Assembly (NCBI RefSeq): GCF_000186885.1
Contig: NC_014972.1
Coordinates: 750,001-782,000 of the forward strand
Direction: 5' to 3'
From: Desulfobulbus propionicus DSM 2032
GTDB taxonomy: Bacteria > Desulfobacterota > Desulfobulbia > Desulfobulbales > Desulfobulbaceae
DNA length: 32,000 bases
Positions within the stretch are counted from its first letter, which is position 1, and each line of letters starts with the position of its first letter. A program made the translations under genes and the position numbers. The notes below the pieces were generated by a model. That model did not search any database. It was not told where the DNA came from and saw only the letters and a list, made by a program, of their open reading frames with translations. This document shows positions 1 through 8,002 of this stretch, piece by piece.

Positions 1-72
1 CGGGGTAAATCCGGCCGAGATGCGATGTGTAGCAGGGGATCGAAAGAGGTTCAAAAGGAGGACAGGACATGA
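1..72 (+). CDS. 3' end of an upstream CDS cut by the window edge (possibly rsmH/mraW by dcw synteny, not verifiable)
   Basis: Frame 1 is open from base 1 to TGA at 70-72. The stop overlaps the ftsL ATG (ATGA at 69-72), a typical coupling junction. The 23 visible residues (RGKSGRDAMCSRGSKEVQKEDRT) carry no motif I recognise. Confidence 0.3.
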   Translation, partial: RGKSGRDAMCSRGSKEVQKEDRT

Positions 73-431
73 CGCCAAACGTGAGTGTGCGCACCTACAG
101 GCCTCGCCAGCAGGCTGCTCTGAGGGAAGATCGTCAGGTGAAATCTCGCTGGAGTGTTCCATTGTCGGGTGGGGTGCGGAAATATCTTGCTATCATGGTC
201 ATTGCCGGGTTAGTGGCGGGGTTGGTCATTACCCAGTTCTTTTATGGGCAAATGATGGATATGCGAGTACAGGCGGAACAACTCCGAAGTGTAAACACTA
301 AAATCTATAACGAAAATGTCCGATTGCTGGCCTTTCGAGCCCAGTTGGCCTCCAAGAAACAAATTGTTGCCTTGGCCGGAACGAAATTGAATCTGTTTGA
401 GCCTGAAAAGGGACAGGTGCGTCGGATGTAG
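69..431 (+). CDS. ftsL: cell division protein FtsL (small bitopic coiled-coil protein)
   Basis: 120 aa. AGGAGG lies 8 nt upstream of the ATG. One TM segment (YLAIMVIAGLVAGLVITQFF) is followed by a heptad-like region (VQAEQLRSVNTKIYNENVRLLAFRAQLAS). It sits directly upstream of the ftsI homologue, as in canonical dcw clusters. Confidence 0.8.
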   Translation: MTPNVSVRTYRPRQQAALREDRQVKSRWSVPLSGGVRKYLAIMVIAGLVAGLVITQFFYGQMMDMRVQAEQLRSVNTKIYNENVRLLAFRAQLASKKQIVALAGTKLNLFEPEKGQVRRM

Positions 432-438
432 GCGGACG

Positions 439-2256
439 ATGGCGAAAACCCTGCGATCAAAGAAAAAAAGACGATGGCTCATCCCCTTTTTTGTTATTTT
501 GCTGACAGCGGCTGGAATTGTTCTGTATAGATACCCCCCCTCCCTCCAGGATATCGGCAGGATTATACAGTCTGCTGTCGGCAAAATTTCATCTCTCTCA
601 GCGGGCCAAACGCCCGCTGAACCTGTTTTAAGAGGAACGGTTTACGATCGAAAATTCAGGGAACTGGCGGTGTCGTACCGTCTGTTTTCGTTGATTGTCA
701 ATCCGGTTGAGGTGGTTGATCGGCGTAAGGCCGCTGAAGCGCTGGCCCCCTTGGTCGGCGACAAGGTGGAGAATATCGAGCTTCGGCTGAAAACCGCGCA
801 GTATTCCATGGTGCTGTCCGATGACCTCGATGCCCGCCAGGCCGAGCAGATCGCCGCCCTCCAATTGCGCGGCGTGACCTGCAAGGCCACGGAGGCCCGT
901 TTTTATCCCGGGCATACCGCTGCCTCGCATGTGCTTGGATTCATGGGTGACGGTGTCGGTCTTGCGGGCGTGGAAGGGAAGTACGATACGGTGCTGCAGG
1001 CTGGTGGATTTCGGAAAAGCAACATACCGGACATCGATTTCCAGGGCGAGGAGAGCCTGGGGCAGAAGGAAACGGACATTGTGCTCACTCTGGACATCGA
1101 CCTCCAGAGGCAACTGGAAAACCGTTTCCGGGAACATCTTGCCGCGCAAGGGTCGGAAAAGGGCATGGGATTGCTGATCGACCCGAGCAGCGGACGTATC
1201 CTCGCGCTCGTGAATCAGCCCTCGTTCAACCCCAATTATTTCTGGAAGGCCAACGAGAGCAACCGGATCAACCGGATCTACAACCATGTGCTCGATAAGG
1301 AGCTGATCAGGCCTCTTCTCGCGCGGGCAGCGGCCATCGAGCGTGAAGGGCTGGATGGGCCGGGGATACTGCCGGCCACCGTGGCTGCGCCGGATTATGG
1401 GTTCACCCCGGAACAGCTCGATGCCTTTGAGCAACAAATCCAGCTGTATGGTTCGGTGTTCGGCAACTGGGAGTCCGGACCGGCAGCGCAGGAGCGGACC
1501 GGCGCGCAACCGGTGGTTACCGGTGTTCAAGTGGGAGTGACCCTGGCGAGCCTGGTCAACGGTGGTTGGCGAATTACGCCCTATGTGGTCGATTCCATCT
1601 ACGATCATGCGACGATGAAACGCTACTCCCGCAGTAACGAGGCCACGGAGAAGATCCATGTGCTCGACCCGGCGCTGGGGGTCAAGATTCGCCGGGAACT
1701 GTTTGCCAACTGGCTGTTGGAGCAGGAAAATCTGGTCGTGTTTACTGCGGATCATGTGCAAATCCAGCCGGACAAGGACCAATACAGCCGCTATTCCATG
1801 CAGGATCTGTTCGTCGGACTGGCGCCGGCCAAGCAGCCAAAGTTTCTTTTGTTGATGGCCGTCGAGCAGGATCACCTGCTGCCTGTGGCGCAGCGGAAAG
1901 ACAATGAAAATGGGGTGTTGGAACTCATGGGTAAGGAGCTGCTCGCGGCTTTGGCCAAGGTGCCGCCGCCAGATGCCTTGCCGGAAAAACCTCCGGAAAA
2001 AAGCGAGGAAAATCTTCGCCAGTTTTTCATCAGCAAACGTCTTAATTTCAGAAATGCGCCAGGAAAAGCCAACGAACCGATTCCTCGCATGCCGCAATTG
2101 CGGGGCATGAGCCTGCGCAAAGGATTGCAGCAGATCGACAAATACAAGATGACGGTGAGGGTCAACGGCAGTGGACGGATCATCGCCCAGTATCCTCTTC
2201 CAGGACAACCTCTGACTGGGGTGGACGAATGTATTCTGACCCTGGACTCCAAATAG
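439..2256 (+). CDS. ftsI: FtsI/PBP3-like class B penicillin-binding protein homologue with degenerate transpeptidase motifs and a C-terminal PASTA domain
   Basis: 605 aa from ATG 439 (MAKTLRSKKKRRW, then a TM segment). The ORF-track start at 397 overlaps ftsL and is less likely. PBP dimerisation-domain motifs are present (RGTVYDRKFRELA, RFYPGHTAASHVLGF, GVEGKYD). Transpeptidase-domain landmarks are present (LIDPSSGRILALVNQPSFNPN, TLASLVNGG, FVGLAPAKQPKF). The last ~55 aa read as PASTA (MPQLRGMSLRKGLQQIDKYKMTVRVNGSGRIIAQYPLPGQPLTG). The expected SxxK, SxN and KTG positions are not conserved (see findings). Confidence 0.85.
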   Translation: MAKTLRSKKKRRWLIPFFVILLTAAGIVLYRYPPSLQDIGRIIQSAVGKISSLSAGQTPAEPVLRGTVYDRKFRELAVSYRLFSLIVNPVEVVDRRKAAEALAPLVGDKVENIELRLKTAQYSMVLSDDLDARQAEQIAALQLRGVTCKATEARFYPGHTAASHVLGFMGDGVGLAGVEGKYDTVLQAGGFRKSNIPDIDFQGEESLGQKETDIVLTLDIDLQRQLENRFREHLAAQGSEKGMGLLIDPSSGRILALVNQPSFNPNYFWKANESNRINRIYNHVLDKELIRPLLARAAAIEREGLDGPGILPATVAAPDYGFTPEQLDAFEQQIQLYGSVFGNWESGPAAQERTGAQPVVTGVQVGVTLASLVNGGWRITPYVVDSIYDHATMKRYSRSNEATEKIHVLDPALGVKIRRELFANWLLEQENLVVFTADHVQIQPDKDQYSRYSMQDLFVGLAPAKQPKFLLLMAVEQDHLLPVAQRKDNENGVLELMGKELLAALAKVPPPDALPEKPPEKSEENLRQFFISKRLNFRNAPGKANEPIPRMPQLRGMSLRKGLQQIDKYKMTVRVNGSGRIIAQYPLPGQPLTGVDECILTLDSK

Positions 2257-2269
2257 TCGGCGGGCGGTT

Positions 2270-5200
2270 ATGATCACCTTGGCAAAACTTGTGCAGGCCA
2301 TCGCCCCTGGGGCGAACCGGCGGCTTTCGGGAACCGTGCTCGCACAGCCTGTGACGGCGATCACCTCGGATTCACGGCAGGTCGTTCCGGGAAGCCTCTT
2401 TGTCGCCGTTCGTGGAGTAAAGACGGATGGCCGCCGCTATATTCCGGAGGCGATCGGCAAAGGGTGTCTGGCTGTGGTGGTCGATGTCGATGAGGGGGTT
2501 GATGAGTGGAATGTTCCGGTGCTCCTGGTCGACGATTGTCCAGCCGCGCTTGGTGAACTGGCCGCTGCGTGGAACGGTTATCCGGCCAGCCAGATGCAAT
2601 TGGTGGCCATCACCGGCACCAATGGCAAGACCACCTGTTCGTGGCTGATCGAGGAGATGCTGGTCGCCTCCGGCTTCCGCCCCGGAGTGATTGGAACGGT
2701 CAACTACCGCTATCACGGTGCCGACGGCCTCCATATCATCCAGGACGCCCCCCTGACCACCCCCGATCCGGTGACCTTGCAGGGATTGCTTCGCACCATG
2801 GCCGACAACGGTGTGACGCATGTGATCATGGAGGTTTCCTCACACGCCCTGCAACAGCAGCGTCTGGGCTCGACCCGCTTCGATGTGGCCTTGTTCACCA
2901 ACCTTAGCCGTGACCATCTCGATTATCACCAGTCGATGGAGGTCTATTTCGAGGCAAAGAAACAGCTCTTTCATAAGCATCTCAAGGAGCAAGGCGTAGC
3001 GGTGGTGGTGCTGGGGCCACAGGCGGAGGGGTGCGACTGGGGCGGCCTGCTGACGGCGTCACTGCCGGCGGAGCAGGTCATTCGCTGCGGTTTGCATGGT
3101 TCGTGCGAAGTGAGCGCGCATCAATTGACCCAGACCATGGAGGGGTTTCGGTGCTGCTTGCATCTGCGGGGCGCGGAGGTGAACTTTGCTTCGCCGTTGA
3201 CCGGGGAATACAATGTGCTCAATGTGCTGGCTGCGGCGGGCGTTGGACTGGGGTTGGGCCTGGTGCCGGATCGGTTTCTTGAGGGATTGGCCAGGGTGGG
3301 GCGGGTACCCGGCCGCCTGGAACGGGTTCGATTACCTGGTGAGCAGATAGGATCGGGGCCCGCTGTGTTTGTCGATTATGCCCATACTCCGGATGCCTTG
3401 GACAATGTGTTGCGCAATCTGAAAAAACTGACCACCGGACGTTTGCTTTGCGTTTTCGGTTGCGGCGGCGACCGTGATCGCGGCAAGCGGCCATTGATGG
3501 GCAGGGTTGCGGCCCAGTTGGCCGACGCGGTTGTCGTGACCTCCGACAATCCACGCACCGAGGCGCCGGAGGCCATCATCGACGAGATCGTTGCCGGTGT
3601 GGAGGCCGGCGGCAAGTCTAGGACCGACGCTTGGGCGTTGCTGAACGCTGCACAGCCGGTTGATGGTTACACCGTGATTGCCGATCGCAGGTGTGCCATA
3701 ACAGCGGCGTGCAGCCTTGCCGCTCCCGGTGACAGCGTCCTGCTCGCCGGCAAGGGGCATGAAACCTACCAGATCATCGGCACGGAAAAGCATTTTTTTG
3801 ATGATCGCCAGGAAGCGACCAACGGCCTGCTGCACTGGAACGAGCGCCATCTGCTTGCCGCCACGAGCGGCAAGGTTGCCGGCGGCACGCTCTGTCGTGT
3901 ATTGGCCTCGGTGTGCACCGATTCCCGCCAGCTGCGACCAGGAGATATTTTCGTGGCGCTCAAGGGAGAGGCCTTTGACGGGCACCAGTATATCGAAGCC
4001 GCTGCCGAACAGAGGGCCGGCGCCATTGTCGCCGAGTGGATGCCGCCACGCATGCGTCCGGAGGTTCTGTATATCGAGGTCAAAGACAGTCTGCGCGCCT
4101 TGGGCGATCTGGCAGCCTACCGACGTCGATTGCTGAACGGCACGATCAAGGTGGCGGCCATCACCGGCAGTTCGGGGAAAACCACGGTCAAGGAAATGGT
4201 GGCCAGCATCTTTGCCGAGGCGTTGCAGGGCAGCCGCACCGGAATGGACGCCGTTCTTAAAACCAGAGGCAACTTCAACAATCTGGTCGGACTGCCTCTG
4301 TCGCTGCTGCCGCTGGAGGCCGGTCACCGGCTCGCGGTGGTGGAGATGGGGATGAATGTTCCCGGCGAGATTGCCCGGCTGGTGGCCATCGCTGATCCGG
4401 ATATCGGCTGCATCAACAACGTTCACCCAGCCCATCTCCAGGGACTGGGCAGTCTTGCCGGAGTGGCTGCGGCCAAGGGAGAGCTCTTCGCCGGCATGCG
4501 GCCCGAAGCGGTGCGGGTAGTCAACCTCGATGATCCCCATGTCCGGGCGCAGGCCAAAAAATTTGCTGGCGAACAGATTGGTTTTGCGGTAACTCCTTCC
4601 GGCCGCAAATTTGGACCACAGGTCCGGGCCACCCGCCCGGACAATCTGGGTGAACAGGGCATGCGCTTTACCCTGCACATCGAAGGGTGGCGGGCGCGCG
4701 TGACCGTGCCGGTCTTTGGCGCCCACAATGTCAGCAACTGCGTCGCCGCCGCGGCCATCGCCCATGCCGCAGGTATCGGACCCGAGGTCATTGCCCAGGG
4801 CCTCCAGCGGTATGCTCCGTCGGTGGACAAGCGATTGGCGGTCACCGAACTGCCGGGAGGGCTGAAGGTCGTCAACGACGCCTACAATGCCAATCCCGCC
4901 TCGATGGCTGCGGGGTTGCGCACCGTGGCCGCCTTCGGCCACAGGGGATGCCGGCATCTGGCCGCTCTGGGCGACATGCTCGAGCTGGGTGCCGCTTCCG
5001 AAGATCTGCACGCCGGGATAGGCGCCCTGGTGGCGAGCTTGGGGTATGATTTTCTGGCCTTGACCGGGATGCAGGCGACCGTGATGGCGCGAGCCGCGAG
5101 CGCCGCGGGTATGAAGGAGGAAAACATCCGGGTGTTTGCCAATCCCCGCGCCATGGCCGACTGGATCTATCCGATGCTGGCCCGAGGGGACCTGGCCGCC

Positions 5201-5305
5201 GGCGACTGGCTGTTGATCAAGGGGTCGCGCGGCATGCGCATGGAGCAGCTCCTCGATGAACTGGAGCAACGCTTGAATAATTCAAAGAAAAACGTAACGG
5301 AATAA
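2270..5305 (+). CDS. murE-murF: fused MurE (UDP-MurNAc-L-Ala-D-Glu:meso-DAP ligase) and MurF (UDP-MurNAc-tripeptide:D-Ala-D-Ala ligase)
   Basis: Single 1011-codon frame. N-half: ITSDSRQVVPGSLFVAVRG, P-loop GTNGKTT, the DNPR motif of DAP-adding MurE (VVVTSDNPRTE), and GKGHETYQ. C-half starts near residue 520 (TDSRQLRPGDIFVALKGEAFDGHQY), with P-loop GSSGKTT, NDAYNANPASM and GDMLELG. No stop codon or start-like junction lies between the halves. Confidence 0.9.
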   Translation: MITLAKLVQAIAPGANRRLSGTVLAQPVTAITSDSRQVVPGSLFVAVRGVKTDGRRYIPEAIGKGCLAVVVDVDEGVDEWNVPVLLVDDCPAALGELAAAWNGYPASQMQLVAITGTNGKTTCSWLIEEMLVASGFRPGVIGTVNYRYHGADGLHIIQDAPLTTPDPVTLQGLLRTMADNGVTHVIMEVSSHALQQQRLGSTRFDVALFTNLSRDHLDYHQSMEVYFEAKKQLFHKHLKEQGVAVVVLGPQAEGCDWGGLLTASLPAEQVIRCGLHGSCEVSAHQLTQTMEGFRCCLHLRGAEVNFASPLTGEYNVLNVLAAAGVGLGLGLVPDRFLEGLARVGRVPGRLERVRLPGEQIGSGPAVFVDYAHTPDALDNVLRNLKKLTTGRLLCVFGCGGDRDRGKRPLMGRVAAQLADAVVVTSDNPRTEAPEAIIDEIVAGVEAGGKSRTDAWALLNAAQPVDGYTVIADRRCAITAACSLAAPGDSVLLAGKGHETYQIIGTEKHFFDDRQEATNGLLHWNERHLLAATSGKVAGGTLCRVLASVCTDSRQLRPGDIFVALKGEAFDGHQYIEAAAEQRAGAIVAEWMPPRMRPEVLYIEVKDSLRALGDLAAYRRRLLNGTIKVAAITGSSGKTTVKEMVASIFAEALQGSRTGMDAVLKTRGNFNNLVGLPLSLLPLEAGHRLAVVEMGMNVPGEIARLVAIADPDIGCINNVHPAHLQGLGSLAGVAAAKGELFAGMRPEAVRVVNLDDPHVRAQAKKFAGEQIGFAVTPSGRKFGPQVRATRPDNLGEQGMRFTLHIEGWRARVTVPVFGAHNVSNCVAAAAIAHAAGIGPEVIAQGLQRYAPSVDKRLAVTELPGGLKVVNDAYNANPASMAAGLRTVAAFGHRGCRHLAALGDMLELGAASEDLHAGIGALVASLGYDFLALTGMQATVMARAASAAGMKEENIRVFANPRAMADWIYPMLARGDLAAGDWLLIKGSRGMRMEQLLDELEQRLNNSKKNVTE

Positions 5306-6384
5306 TGTTCTATAATTTCCTCTACCCCTTTCACACCGAGCTGAGCTGGCTCAACGTTTTCCGTTACATCACCTTTCGCTCCATCGGCTGCGCGGTGACC
5401 GCCTTTCTGCTGGTGGTGATCATCGGTCCGCGATTCATCGCCTGGCTACAGAAAAAACAGATCGGCCAAGTCATCCGCGACGATGGTCCGGAGACGCATT
5501 TCTCCAAGAAAGGGGTACCAACCATGGGCGGGGTGCTGATCCTTTTTGCCGTGACCGCCTCCTCCTTGCTGTGGACCGACCTGCGGAGTGGCCTAGTCTG
5601 GTTGCTGATCGGTATCAGCTTGTTTTTCGGGTTGATTGGCTCGATGGATGACATCAAGAAGATCCGCAAGGGAAATTCGCGCGGGTTGAGTCCCAGGGAG
5701 AAATTGGCCCTGCAGGTGCTCGGGGCCGCGGTGGTGGGGATATTTCTCCTGCTGACGCCCGGCTACGACGGCATTCTCAGCATCCCGTTCATTAAGTCCT
5801 ATCAACCGGATCTGGGCTGGTGGTACCTGCCCTTTGCGGTGCTGGTGATTGTCGGTGCTTCCAACGCGGTCAATCTCACCGATGGATTGGACGGTTTGGC
5901 CGCCGGTCCCATCGTCATCACCGCCTCGACCTATTTGATTTTTTCCTATGTGGCCGGCAACGCGGTCGTGGCCAGCTATCTGCAAATTCCCTATGTTCCC
6001 GGAGCCGGCGAAGTGACCATTTTCTGCGGGGCCATGGTTGGCGCTTGCCTCGGATTTCTGTGGTTCAACTGCTACCCGGCGGAGATTTTCATGGGCGATG
6101 TCGGCTCCCTGTCCCTGGGGGGCACCTTGGGGGTTGTGTCGATCATCACCAAGCAGGAATTCCTGTTGGTGATTGTCGGGGGTATTTTTGTCATGGAGGC
6201 GATTTCGGTCATCCTCCAAGTGGGCTATTTCAAGATGACCGGCGGTCGGCGAATTTTTCTCATGGCGCCCTTTCATCACCATTTCGAAAAAAAGGGCTGG
6301 CTGGAACCCAAGGTGGTGGTCCGTTTTTGGATCGTATCCATCATTCTTGGCCTTATTGCGCTGGCAACCTTAAAGCTGAGATAA
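5305..6384 (+). CDS. mraY: phospho-N-acetylmuramoyl-pentapeptide transferase MraY
   Basis: 359 aa polytopic membrane protein. Has KKGVPTMGG, NAVNLTDGLDGLA and APFHHHFEKKGW motifs. Its start shares one base with the murEF stop (TAATG). Confidence 0.95.
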   Translation: MFYNFLYPFHTELSWLNVFRYITFRSIGCAVTAFLLVVIIGPRFIAWLQKKQIGQVIRDDGPETHFSKKGVPTMGGVLILFAVTASSLLWTDLRSGLVWLLIGISLFFGLIGSMDDIKKIRKGNSRGLSPREKLALQVLGAAVVGIFLLLTPGYDGILSIPFIKSYQPDLGWWYLPFAVLVIVGASNAVNLTDGLDGLAAGPIVITASTYLIFSYVAGNAVVASYLQIPYVPGAGEVTIFCGAMVGACLGFLWFNCYPAEIFMGDVGSLSLGGTLGVVSIITKQEFLLVIVGGIFVMEAISVILQVGYFKMTGGRRIFLMAPFHHHFEKKGWLEPKVVVRFWIVSIILGLIALATLKLR

Positions 6385-6387
6385 ATC

Positions 6388-7764
6388 GTGCAGATATCAA
6401 GAGGGACACAGGCAGTGGTGATCGGATTGGGGGCAGCCGGGCTGTCCACGGTCCGTTATCTGGTGAATCGGGGGGTGCGGGTACGGGTTTCCGATCGCCG
6501 CGCCGTGGAACAGATCCCCCCAGATACCTTGGCATTCCTCAAGCAGGCGGAGGTGGCGCTGGAAACTGGGGGACATACCGCCGCTTTTCTTGCCGGTGCG
6601 GACATGGTCATTCCCGGACCCGGCGTGCCGCTTGACCTGCCTGTATTGCAGGCCGCCCGGAAACAGGGACTGCCGGTGCTTGGCGAGCTCGCCCTCGCCG
6701 CGGGCCAGTATGCGGTTCCGGTGATCGCGGTCACCGGTTCCAACGGCAAGACCACTGTCACCAGTCTAATCGGTGAGCTGTTGCGGGCTTCGGGAAAAAA
6801 CCCCTTTGTTGGCGGCAACATAGGTACTCCCTTGCTCGACTATTTCGCCGATCCGCAGGGGTATGATGCGGTGGTGCTCGAACTGTCCAGTTTCCAGCTC
6901 GATCTGGCCGGCGCCTTCCGGCCCGATATCGGCCTGCTGCTCAATATCTCCCCTGATCATCTGGATCGCCATGGATCGTTGGAGGCCTACACCCTGGCCA
7001 AGCAGAATCTCTTTCGCCACCAGCAACTGGGCGACCGCGCCATCCTCGGCGCGGACGACCCTGTCGCCGCCGCAACACCACTGAATCCAGAGGTTGGCCG
7101 CTTCACCTTTGGCCGCGCCGAAGGATGCACGGCGCGCATTGCCGACGGACGGATTCTTCTCACCTTGATGGCCGGCGCCCTGTCCGGGAAAACCGAGTAT
7201 GTGCTCAGCGGTACTACACTCCACTCCTCGGTCAATCAGTTGAATGCCGCTGCGGCCATCCTGGCCGTTACCCTGGCCGGTTGCGAACAGGCCGGTATCG
7301 CCGAAGGGTTGAGACGTTTTGTGCCTCCACCCCACCGCATGGCCGAGGTCGCGACCATTGACGGCGTGCGGTTCATCAATGATTCCAAGGCGACCAATAT
7401 CGGGGCCCTGGAGGCTGCGCTGGCTGGTTGTGAGTCGCCTGTCGTGCTCATCGCCGGCGGTCGGGACAAGGGAAGTGATTACAGCTTGTTGCGTGAAGTG
7501 GTCGGGCGGAAGGTCAAGCATCTGGTGCTGGTGGGCGAGGCGGCTGGCCTGATGCGGGCCGCCCTGGGTTCGCTGGTTCCCACGGAAGCGGCGACCACCA
7601 TGGAGGATGCGGTGCGCAGAGCTATGACGGCGGCGGCCAGCGGCGATTTGGTGTTGCTGGCACCCGGATGTGCCAGTTTCGACATGTTTTCCGGGTACGA
7701 CGAGCGCGGCCGGGTGTTCGCCGAATGCGTCCACCAGATTGGCCAGGAACGGTTGGAGGCTTGA
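6388..7764 (+). CDS. murD: UDP-N-acetylmuramoylalanine:D-glutamate ligase MurD
   Basis: 458 aa with a GTG start 3 nt after the mraY stop. N-terminal Rossmann-like GLGAAGLS, Mur ligase P-loop GSNGKTT, and NISPDHLDRHG. Canonical position after mraY. Confidence 0.93.
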   Translation: MQISRGTQAVVIGLGAAGLSTVRYLVNRGVRVRVSDRRAVEQIPPDTLAFLKQAEVALETGGHTAAFLAGADMVIPGPGVPLDLPVLQAARKQGLPVLGELALAAGQYAVPVIAVTGSNGKTTVTSLIGELLRASGKNPFVGGNIGTPLLDYFADPQGYDAVVLELSSFQLDLAGAFRPDIGLLLNISPDHLDRHGSLEAYTLAKQNLFRHQQLGDRAILGADDPVAAATPLNPEVGRFTFGRAEGCTARIADGRILLTLMAGALSGKTEYVLSGTTLHSSVNQLNAAAAILAVTLAGCEQAGIAEGLRRFVPPPHRMAEVATIDGVRFINDSKATNIGALEAALAGCESPVVLIAGGRDKGSDYSLLREVVGRKVKHLVLVGEAAGLMRAALGSLVPTEAATTMEDAVRRAMTAAASGDLVLLAPGCASFDMFSGYDERGRVFAECVHQIGQERLEA

Positions 7765-7765
7765 G

Positions 7766-8002
7766 ATGGCCCTGATTCGTATGTGCTGTGTCTGTCACAG
7801 GGTGGAGCAGGAGGGCGGTTGGCGGCAGGTTTCCGAGCTGTCAGTGGACGCTGTGGTTTCCCATGGCTACTGTCCCGACTGTTTTGCCGAAGTCATGATG
7901 GAAATACGAGCGGCCATCGGTAATCGAGTGGTTCAGACGTTGCGGCCCGTGCACGATCCGGGTTGGTCTCGTTTGGCTGGGCGAAGGACCCCATGCGTTT
8001 GA
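7766..8002 (+). CDS. small four-Cys (CxxC...CPxC) zinc-ribbon-like protein of unknown function, in the slot normally held by ftsW
   Basis: 78 aa from ATG 7766, 1 nt after the murD stop. GGAGG (7754-7758) lies 7 nt upstream. The 3' end overlaps the murG start by 10 nt. Sequence is MALIRMCCVCHRVEQEGGWRQVSELSVDAVVSHGYCPDCFAEVM... It is not hydrophobic, so it is not an FtsW remnant. The ORF-track version starting at 7670 lies inside murD and is rejected. Confidence 0.6.
   Translation: MALIRMCCVCHRVEQEGGWRQVSELSVDAVVSHGYCPDCFAEVMMEIRAAIGNRVVQTLRPVHDPGWSRLAGRRTPCV

Noticed and set aside
397-438. Longer N-terminal extensions offered by the ORF track: ftsI at 397, murG at 7963, murB at 10451, kinase at 16705, GT at 18282, fetA at 19498, fetB at 20102, MFS at 22770 and nadA at 25595.
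   Set aside because: The extensions overlap the preceding gene or add residues that do not match the family N-termini. The internal ATGs give canonical N-termini (for example MRLIVAGGGTGGH for MurG) and short coupling overlaps.
628-2364. 578-aa ORF on the minus strand antisense to ftsI. Similar long antisense ORFs lie at 3332-5269 (-), 12360-14567 (-), 15693-17084 (-), 20791-21792 (-), 24453-25559 (+) and 28232-30007 (+).
   Set aside because: Each lies entirely opposite a CDS with clear family motifs. Their translations are low-complexity Arg/Gly/Pro/His-rich strings with no recognisable motifs. This is typical of stop-codon-poor shadow frames in ~60% GC DNA.
7766-8002. Whether the ORF between murD and murG is a degraded ftsW pseudogene.
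   Set aside because: The 228-nt gap is far too short. No frame of it encodes hydrophobic SEDS-like segments. The ORF has its own SD and a coherent Cys4 pattern.
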